Assembly: GCA_963798915.1 (NCBI GenBank)
Contig: CAWCVB010000002.1
Coordinates: 576,001-640,000, forward strand
Source: an uncultured Gemmatimonadales bacterium
GTDB taxonomy: Bacteria; Gemmatimonadota; Gemmatimonadetes; Gemmatimonadales; GWC2-71-9
Direction: 5' to 3'
Length of the DNA: 64,000 nucleotides
This document shows, piece by piece, positions 57,015-64,000 of this stretch. The notes beneath the pieces are model-generated. The model had not been told where the DNA came from and made no database searches. It worked only from the letters and a program-made list of their open reading frames with translations. The first letter of the stretch is position 1, and each line of letters starts with the position of its first letter. The position numbers and the translations under genes are program-made.

Positions 57015-57470
57015 ATGGCTGAAACACTTACACAGAACGGTATGCCTTCCGTCTTTTCGCCACTCGCCAAGGCCCTCCTCGATGGATTCAGCGAGGGGGT
57101 TGTCGTCTTCGATGCCGAAGGCAAGGTCCTGTACGTCAATCAGCAGGCGCGCTCGACGTTGAGCGAGGAGGACCTGCAGGACAGCGCCAAGGATCTCATG
57201 CCCCGGCTGGCCAATATCGGCGGCCGGCTGCGGCCGCTGCGGGTTGGGTCGCTGGACATTGGGGAAGCGATGTTCCTTCCCGGCCAGGAGGGGGCAACGA
57301 CGCTGGCGGCGCGGGAGAAGGACGCTATCGTACGGACGCTCGACGCGCATAATTGGAGGCTGGCAGAGACGGCGCGCGAGCTGGGTATCAGTCGGACCAC
57401 ACTCTGGCGTCGGCTCAAGGCATACGGGCTTCACCGCGACGGCCGGAGCAAATGGGCGCACACTTCCTAG
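57015..57470 (+). CDS. PAS + Fis-type HTH protein
   Basis: LDGFSEGVVVFDAEGKVLYVNQQA; LAAREKDAIVRTL..TARELGISRTTLWRRLK. Confidence 0.88.
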   Translation: MAETLTQNGMPSVFSPLAKALLDGFSEGVVVFDAEGKVLYVNQQARSTLSEEDLQDSAKDLMPRLANIGGRLRPLRVGSLDIGEAMFLPGQEGATTLAAREKDAIVRTLDAHNWRLAETARELGISRTTLWRRLKAYGLHRDGRSKWAHTS

Positions 57471-59545
57471 CTCTCTTGTTCGCTGCAGTCTCACTTCCGC
57501 AGGACACCGTCATTACATATGCATCCCCGGCCACCAGAGACGTGGTGGTCCGGGCTGCGGCGCGGCATCAGGCCCAGGACACGACGATCGCGGATTACCG
57601 TGCCCGGATGCGCTACCGCCTGAGCGTTGGCCTGCCGGGCCGCCGCTGGGCCCAGCCGCCGACGGCCGCTGTCGAGGAGCAGGTAGGGGAAGTCGCCTGG
57701 CGCCATCCCAATGATCTCCGGGTCGAGATGATCGGGCGCCGCCAGCAGTCACTGCCTGGCGGCTTCAATCTGTCCAGCACGTTTGACCGGCCATGGTTCG
57801 TGCCGCGCGGCGCCGACGACTCGCTGCGGATATTCAGCGACGAGTTTCCGGCCCATGGTGCACTCCACCCGCTGGCCGAGGGAGCCTGGCGGTCATATCA
57901 CTTCGACCTGCTCGACAGCCTGGGCGCGATCCTGCCCGACGGCCGACGTCTTCGGGTGTACAAGGTGCAGGTGATTCCGAAGCGGGCGGGCCCCGCACTC
58001 GTGGCGGGCGATCTCTGGATCGATGCGGCGACGTGGGATGTGGTGCGCTTCGCCTTCCGCTACGTGGGCACCGGGCTCTTCGTCTCGCCCGTTGATGAGG
58101 GCGAGGACTCCGCCAGCGCGCGCCGCGCCAATCGCATCGGCAACCGCCTCGTCACGATCGACGTGGACCTCGAGTACGGCCAGCAGGACGGTCGCTTCTG
58201 GATGCCTTTCCGGCAGATCATCGTGGGCACCGTCACCATTCCGCTGGCGCGCAACAAAGTGATTCCGTTCCAGGCCGTCACAGAATTCTCCGACTACACC
58301 ATCAACGAAGGAGCCTGGCTCGACTCGCCGGCAGCGCCGCCCGGTGTGCAGGTCACAAGTGGCACCTGGACGGGCGGCACCTTCGAAATCCGCCGGCCTC
58401 CGGACAGCGTGCTCGCACAGTACCAGGGATGGACCGACACGCTGAGACTGGTCAGCGAACCTGAGCGCACGGCCCGGGTGCGGGCCATGGTCGCCGACCT
58501 TGCCGAGCTCGTGGAACAGCTGCCGGGCGACCTGACCGACCGGCGGGCGGTGTCGTTCGGCTACGAGCGGGTCTCCGACGCGCTGCAGTACAATCGCGTG
58601 CAGGGGCTGTCGCTCGGCGTTGGCGCCAGGATCGGGGTGCCGGGCCTGCCCTTCACCAACGTGTATCCCACCGTGCGGTACGGCATCAGTGATGAACGGG
58701 CGACCGGGCGACTGGCGCTGGTACATGACGGCCCTCGAGGGACCTTCACGCTCAGCGGGTATCACGATATCGCTGACGTGGATCCGTTCTCGCCTGGCCG
58801 TACGCTGGCCAATTCTGCAAGCGCGCTCTTCACGGCCCACGATTACGGCGACTATTACCTTGCCACAGGGGCGGACGCTTCGTTCCTGACTTCACTGGCG
58901 TTGGCGACGGACCTGTCGGTATCGTTGCGCGGGGAGCGGCAGCGTTCAGTGGCGCGCCAGGCGCGCTCCGGGGTCAACGATGTGCTGGGCGGTGACGGAG
59001 TCTTCCCTCTCAATCCGGCGGTGCTGGAAGGCGACTACGGACTGCTCGGGGTCCGCATTACCCACGCCGGCTCTCTCCACTGGATCCTTGCCGCGGACGG
59101 CATGGCCGGAAAGGCATTGACGACCGGCCGCGCCTATTTCGACATCCGGCGGAGTGCCGGAGGGGCGCGTGGCTTCACACTCCGTCTGAAGGCCGGCATC
59201 GCCGAGGGGTCGGCGCCGCCGCAGCTCCAGTTTCGGTTGGGAGGGCGGGAGACCGTGCGCGGATTTGACTACGGCTCGATTATCGGCCGGTCGTTCTGGG
59301 CGGCGCAGCTCGATGTGTCGCCGCTCAAGGGAACCATCCGGCCGGTGCTCTTCATCGACGCCGGCCAGGCCGGGGCACCGGGCGACCTCTTTCAGTCCAA
59401 GGCGCTTGCCGGTGGCGGTGTGGGTGTCTCGATGTACAGCCCGCTGCTGCACACAACGCTTATCCGGCTCGACCTGAGCCACCCGATCACTCCCGACACT
59501 GGTGGAGCATGGCGCTTCGACGTGGTCTTCTCACCCATTCGCTGA
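57452..59545 (+). CDS. Outer-membrane protein with C-terminal BamA/TamA-like beta-barrel
   Basis: Signal peptide; YNRVQG; LGGRETVRGF; FIDAG; terminal amphipathic strand. Confidence 0.75.
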   Translation: MGAHFLALLFAAVSLPQDTVITYASPATRDVVVRAAARHQAQDTTIADYRARMRYRLSVGLPGRRWAQPPTAAVEEQVGEVAWRHPNDLRVEMIGRRQQSLPGGFNLSSTFDRPWFVPRGADDSLRIFSDEFPAHGALHPLAEGAWRSYHFDLLDSLGAILPDGRRLRVYKVQVIPKRAGPALVAGDLWIDAATWDVVRFAFRYVGTGLFVSPVDEGEDSASARRANRIGNRLVTIDVDLEYGQQDGRFWMPFRQIIVGTVTIPLARNKVIPFQAVTEFSDYTINEGAWLDSPAAPPGVQVTSGTWTGGTFEIRRPPDSVLAQYQGWTDTLRLVSEPERTARVRAMVADLAELVEQLPGDLTDRRAVSFGYERVSDALQYNRVQGLSLGVGARIGVPGLPFTNVYPTVRYGISDERATGRLALVHDGPRGTFTLSGYHDIADVDPFSPGRTLANSASALFTAHDYGDYYLATGADASFLTSLALATDLSVSLRGERQRSVARQARSGVNDVLGGDGVFPLNPAVLEGDYGLLGVRITHAGSLHWILAADGMAGKALTTGRAYFDIRRSAGGARGFTLRLKAGIAEGSAPPQLQFRLGGRETVRGFDYGSIIGRSFWAAQLDVSPLKGTIRPVLFIDAGQAGAPGDLFQSKALAGGGVGVSMYSPLLHTTLIRLDLSHPITPDTGGAWRFDVVFSPIR

Positions 59546-60015
59546 CCCTGCCGCTATTGCTCGGGGGGTGCGGACGTGCTGACCGGATGACGGTCAGCTG
59601 GACCGGCGCCGACACCGGTCAGGCCACCTTGCGGGCTCAGGCGGTGCGCTGCGGGTCCGACCTGCAGCTGTTTGCGACCGCCGGGGACACGGGCGTAGCG
59701 ATGATACTGTATCCGAAGACCAAAGTGCTTCAATCCGGCGCCTCCAGCGCGACGAGCGCCGACTTGCCAATCCTGGCGCCGACGGAGGCACGGGAAACCC
59801 GCCCGGCCGCGGCCATTGCAGCGCGTTGGCTCGACTCGGCCCGCGTCTCAGGATATCGCGGTGTCGAGGGCACGGTGCGCGTCGGACGCCGGGGCGACAG
59901 ACTGACCGGCCAGTTCCGGGCGCTGCTGCGGCGCGATGGCGATCTGGCTGAAGTGACCCTGGGCGGGCGCTTTGCACGTGTGCGGGTCGGCGCGTGCCCC
60001 GATTCGGCCGGTTAG
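59509..60015 (+). CDS. Hypothetical lipoprotein
   Basis: Lipobox LGGC; co-oriented overlap. Confidence 0.6.
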   Translation: MALRRGLLTHSLTLPLLLGGCGRADRMTVSWTGADTGQATLRAQAVRCGSDLQLFATAGDTGVAMILYPKTKVLQSGASSATSADLPILAPTEARETRPAAAIAARWLDSARVSGYRGVEGTVRVGRRGDRLTGQFRALLRRDGDLAEVTLGGRFARVRVGACPDSAG

Positions 60016-60025
60016 ATTGCCTGGC

Positions 60026-61282
60026 ATGGAATCCACGTACTTTCGCCGCGGCTTCGGCCTCAAGTCGGCGATCGAAGGACAGCTCACTGCGGATTATGCC
60101 AGCTCGGTGGTCGAGGCGCTGCGCGCCAGCGGCCACACGCTCCACGCCGGGCCGTTCACCTTTCGGCTCGCCAAGGAGTTCGGGTTCTGCTACGGCGTGG
60201 ACCGTGCGGTGGATTACGCCTACGAGGCCCGAAGCAAGTTCCCCGACCGGCGGATCTTCCTGGTGGGCGAGATCATCCACAATCCGCACGTCAACGAAAA
60301 GCTTCGCGCCATGGGCGTCATCATCCTGGGGCACGATCCCGAGCGCGCCTTCGACTTCAGTGGCATTACCGCGGCAGACGTCGTGATCCTGCCGGCCTTC
60401 GGGGTCACCATCGGTGACTTCCAGCGGCTTCGGGAGCTTGGCTGCGTTCTGGTCGACACGACCTGCGGGTCGGTGCTCAATGTCTGGAAGCGGGTGGAGA
60501 ATTACGCCAGGGACGGATTCACTGCGGTCATCCACGGCAAGCATTGGCACGAAGAAACCAAGGCCACGGCCAGCCAGGTCAACCGGCACCCCGACGGGAA
60601 GTATCTCGTGGTGCTCGACATGGACGAGGCTCGGCCGGTCTTGGAGTTCATCCGGAACGGCGGCTCTGATGCGGAGGCGGCTCAACTGGCGGAGCGCTTC
60701 CTCAAGGCAACGTCACCCGGCTTCGACTTCCGGAGCGACCTGGTCCGGGTGGGAATCGCCAACCAGACCACCATGCTGTCAAGCGAGTCCCTCGGCATTG
60801 CCGTCGCCTTTGGCCAGGTATTGACCGACCGGTACGGGGCCGACCATGCGGCGGAGCATTTTCGCAGCTTCGATACCATCTGCAGCGCGACCCAGGAGCG
60901 GCAGGACGCCGTCGAAGCGCTCCTGGCGGAGCCGCTCGATGTCATGCTGGTGGTTGGCGGCTACAACTCCAGCAATACCTGCCACCTTGCCGAGTTGGCC
61001 GAGTCACGCGGGGCGCGGGCCTATCACATCGAGGACGCCGACTGCATCGAGACCGACTCCGGCACCATTCGCTTTCAGCCGGTGGGGCAGAAGCGTGAAA
61101 CGCGGCTGGAAGGATGGCTCACTGGAGTCACGGTGGTCGGCATCACGGCCGGCGCCTCGACACCCAACAACAAGATCGGCGAGACCATCGCGCGGATCTG
61201 CCAGACCGTCGGGGCGGGTGCGGAACTGGCGGCGGCGGTCAGCGGGCCAGCAGACAGCGGCCAACAGTCAACCGTCGACTGA
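60026..61282 (+). CDS. ispH: 4-hydroxy-3-methylbut-2-enyl diphosphate reductase (long, cyanobacterial/plant-like form)
   Basis: FGFCYGV, IIHNP, DTTC, ANQTTM, TICSATQERQ, SSNT, TAGASTP. Confidence 0.95.
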   Translation: MESTYFRRGFGLKSAIEGQLTADYASSVVEALRASGHTLHAGPFTFRLAKEFGFCYGVDRAVDYAYEARSKFPDRRIFLVGEIIHNPHVNEKLRAMGVIILGHDPERAFDFSGITAADVVILPAFGVTIGDFQRLRELGCVLVDTTCGSVLNVWKRVENYARDGFTAVIHGKHWHEETKATASQVNRHPDGKYLVVLDMDEARPVLEFIRNGGSDAEAAQLAERFLKATSPGFDFRSDLVRVGIANQTTMLSSESLGIAVAFGQVLTDRYGADHAAEHFRSFDTICSATQERQDAVEALLAEPLDVMLVVGGYNSSNTCHLAELAESRGARAYHIEDADCIETDSGTIRFQPVGQKRETRLEGWLTGVTVVGITAGASTPNNKIGETIARICQTVGAGAELAAAVSGPADSGQQSTVD

Positions 61283-62200
61283 CGACCGTCGGTCGACGAC
61301 CTCTCTCGCCACCGCGGCGATCGTGAGCGGTGCACATCCTTCCGCCCGGTTGTTCACGATCACGAAGCCGGGCACGCCAAGCTCCTCGATAATCGTCACC
61401 AGCCTCAGCAGGTCCGCCCGGAGCCCCGGGTTGGCCTCACGGATTCGATCGAACGGCGCAAAGGTCTCGACCGATTCGGTGTAGCGCATGCCCGGCGGCT
61501 GCAGCGCCCGGCATACGACAAATGGGGCCAGCGCTGCTGCCCCGGTGTCGAGTTGCTCGCCGATCGTCGGCATCCGAGCCCATGAGTTGAAGACGTGTGC
61601 GGCCCCATGGACCCGCAACACCTCGAAATAGGGCGGCGAGAGAAACGCGGGGTCCCGGAGTTCCACGGCGTAGCTGGCATCGCTGGGCAGCTGCTCCAGG
61701 AACCGATCGAGCCGATCGGCAAACACCTCGGGGCTGAGCTCCGCGCGCCGATTGAAGGGCGAAAATTCGAACACGAAGGGCCCCATGTGCTGGCCGAAAT
61801 GCTCGCGGTATGGTGCATAGACGGCATCGACAAACAGGCCCGGGTTCAGAAAATTCTGGTTCAGCTCCCCGGCGCGGCGCTTGTCCTGGCCGCGGGTCCA
61901 GGTGTGCACCGTGATCTCCTGCCAGACTTTGCTCACGCAGGGGAAATCGTCAGGCAACTGCCGACTATAGCGTTGCAGTGTCTCGGCTGACGGTGGAGCA
62001 TAGAACGCGGAATCGATGCCGACGGTCCGGAACAAGGGCCAGCGCGCGACCTCGCCCAGCAGGCTGGTTGAGGCATCGCGTTTGGGGTACGGGCCCCGGT
62101 AGATCAGTCCGGTCCATCCGGGATAGGTCCAGGATGACGGGCCGAAACGCAGCAGGGGCGGGAGGCCGGCGGCGAGGCGCTTCAGCTCGTCAGGAGTCAT
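61268..62200 (-). CDS. DUF72 (YecE) family protein
   Basis: GPSSWTYPGW, IDSAFY, YAVELR, VNNRAEG. Confidence 0.88.
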   Translation of the reverse strand: MTPDELKRLAAGLPPLLRFGPSSWTYPGWTGLIYRGPYPKRDASTSLLGEVARWPLFRTVGIDSAFYAPPSAETLQRYSRQLPDDFPCVSKVWQEITVHTWTRGQDKRRAGELNQNFLNPGLFVDAVYAPYREHFGQHMGPFVFEFSPFNRRAELSPEVFADRLDRFLEQLPSDASYAVELRDPAFLSPPYFEVLRVHGAAHVFNSWARMPTIGEQLDTGAAALAPFVVCRALQPPGMRYTESVETFAPFDRIREANPGLRADLLRLVTIIEELGVPGFVIVNNRAEGCAPLTIAAVAREVVDRRSSVDG

Positions 62201-62510
62201 GAGTCGTGAGTGGCAGGTCGAGAGTCATGAGACAAGAGTCGGGGTAGCACCGGGATTGTCATTCCGAGCACAGCGAGGAATCTTGCCCGCAGTGCTTCGG
62301 AGCCGGCTGAGTAGATCCTTCGCTTTGCTCAGCAGTGGCGGGAGGCTAAGGGCGAGGCGCTTCAGCTCGTCATGGGTCATGGGTTGTGAGTGGCAGGTCG
62401 AGAGTCATGAGACAAGAGTCGGGGTAGCACCGGGATTGTCATTCCGAGCACAGCGAGGAATCTTGCCCGCAGTGCTTCGGAGCCGGCTGAGTAGATCCTT
62501 CGCTTCGCTC
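62151..62510. repeat. 180-bp tandem duplication (62151-62330 / 62331-62510) containing the DUF72 start and a TGTC-type REP doublet
   Basis: 170/180 identical by manual alignment; full REP doublet TGTCATTCCGAGC..GCTCAGGATGACA at 62437-62519, first copy truncated. Confidence 0.92.
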
Positions 62511-62588
62511 AGGATGACAGATCGCGCGGACCGACGACTGACGACCGACGAGCGACGACCACCAGCCCATTCCGCCCATCCCGCCCTC

Positions 62589-63763
62589 TCACGACGCACC
62601 TTTCACGATCCGGTAGACGCTTCCGTTCGCGCTCATGACGTACAGCTCGCCGGCTGCATCCTCGCCAAAACTCGGGATGCTGCCGCCGGGAGCCAGCGAA
62701 GGCCAGGAGCGCTCGTCGGTGGCCTTGCCGTTCTCCATCCGGAAACTCTTCACCCATCCACTGCAATAGTCGGCGTAGAAGTAGTGGCCGTCCAATGCGG
62801 GAATGCGCTTGCCACGGTAAACGTAGCCTCCGCTCACGGAACACCCGTCGCTGTGGTGATACTGGACCACCGGGAGAACGAGGCCGGTCGTGTCGCACGA
62901 CCGGCCGCCATAGCACGACCTGCCTTCCATCCGGTTCCAGCCATAGTTGGCGCCCCGCCCTCCGCCATCGGCGCGAGGCGAGACGTCCACCTCTTCGATC
63001 TCGTTCTGTCCCACGTCGGCGATGTAAAGGTCTCCCGAGACCCGGTCAAAGCTGAAACGCCAGGGGTTCCGCAACCCGATGTTCCAGACCTCGCCCCGGG
63101 CGCCGACGCTGTCGGCCCATGGATTGTCGGCTGGGACGGCGTACCCGGAATCGGCCGCGACGTCCAGGCGCAGGATGGAGCCCAGGAGGTCAGCGGCGCT
63201 CTGGCCGTGTCCCTGAGGATCGCCTCCTGACCCCCCGTCACCCATGCCAATGTAGAGGTAGCCGTCAGGACCGAACGCGAGCTGGCCGCCATTGTGGTTG
63301 CTGTATGGTTGCGCCACGGTCAGCAGCACGTGCGCGCTTGAGGCATCGGCCTGGTCCGGGTCCGCGCTGACGTGAAACTGCACGATCCGGGTGTCGCCAT
63401 CCGTGCCGGTATAGTCCACGAAGAACCGGCCATTGCTCGTGTAATCCGGATGGAAGGCGAGGCCCAGCAGGCCCTGTTCGCCGCCACCCGACACCTCGGC
63501 CGACAGGTCAAGGAATGGCTTGGCCAGCACCGAGTCTCCCTCGATGATGCGGATACGTCCGCCCTTTTCGACCACGAAGAGGCGCGTGTCGCCTGGAGGG
63601 CTGGTGAGGTAGAGGGGGAAAGCCAGGTCTGAAGCCACGCGCTGGAGCACAACACGTCGCTGGTGTCGGGAGCGGTATCGGATGGCGCGCCGTTGCCGTT
63701 GCTGCAGGCCGCTGCGACAAGACTGACGACGGCGCCAACGAGTTGCAGCAGAAACTGGTGCAT
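62589..63763 (-). CDS. PQQ-dependent sugar (glucose/sorbosone) dehydrogenase lipoprotein; frameshift near 63650-63657
   Basis: GLLGLAFHP, NHNGG, FGPDGYLYIGMGDGG, GLRNPWR, DVG; lipoprotein signal MHQFLLQLVGAVVSLVAAAC lies in a different frame. Confidence 0.88.
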
Positions 63764-63889
63764 GTCCGTCCCTCGGCAGAGTCCTTGGAATAGTATCGCC
63801 GGGATGGTTTTGGCGCCGGACCTTCCCACCGGGCTCCGATAGCATCCAGATTGCCTGCGTGAGTGCTTCATCAATGGGAGAGGGAAAGC

Positions 63890-64000
63890 ATGCATGAGAT
63901 CTACTATGCCGGTGCTGGTGGTCCGGATGTCATCCAGAAGCGCGAGGCCCCGGCGCCGGATCCAGGCGAGCACGAGGTGCTGGTCCGGGTCGCCGCGACC
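63890..64000 (+). CDS. NAD(P)H-quinone oxidoreductase / MDR family N-terminus (partial; absent from ORF track)
   Basis: MHEIYYAGAGGPDVIQKREAPAPDPGEHEVLVRVAAT, with purine-rich RBS. Confidence 0.82.
   Translation, partial: MHEIYYAGAGGPDVIQKREAPAPDPGEHEVLVRVAAT

Noticed and set aside
62199..63230. 343-aa plus-strand ORF with an internal 60-aa repeat
   Set aside because: It is the translation of the 180-bp duplication and REP, running antisense into the PQQ dehydrogenase.

Overview
High-GC bacterial chromosomal segment, mostly housekeeping and envelope genes. Gene content and protein style suggest Gemmatimonadota (inference). About 60 CDSs are supported: partial sucA, a solute-binding protein plus hybrid kinase, glpD, fadI/fadJ, a NagB-PIG-L fusion, PLP decarboxylase plus Rieske oxygenase, proline dehydrogenase, rsgA, a PfpI-nitrilase-GNAT-MazG run, amidohydrolase-TPR-TPR-S41 protease, a fused 2-oxoacid dehydrogenase E1, a Hanks kinase, lon, an Hpt-REC-degenerate GGDEF protein, OmpA, pfkA, a folate/pterin cluster, an HrpA-like helicase, a TauE-CstB-like-ArsR sulfur cluster, ispH and DUF72. 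I saw no rRNA, tRNA, CRISPR array, transposase or prophage. Highlights: (1) a DExH helicase whose motif Ia lies before the Walker A motif (apparent segment permutation); (2) a CxxU Rdx/SelW selenoprotein with a SECIS hairpin, missed by the ORF track; (3) a dense set of intergenic 7-mer (and 8/9-mer) tandem arrays plus GTAG/CGTC/TGTC REP-like palindromes that form hairpins or G-quadruplex motifs, supply stop codons and enter coding ends; (4) a CExxHGH (PTPS-I/III-type) pterin synthase inside a folate cluster; (5) a 180-bp duplication broken inside a REP. Six small frameshifts in otherwise intact genes most likely reflect long-read assembly errors.
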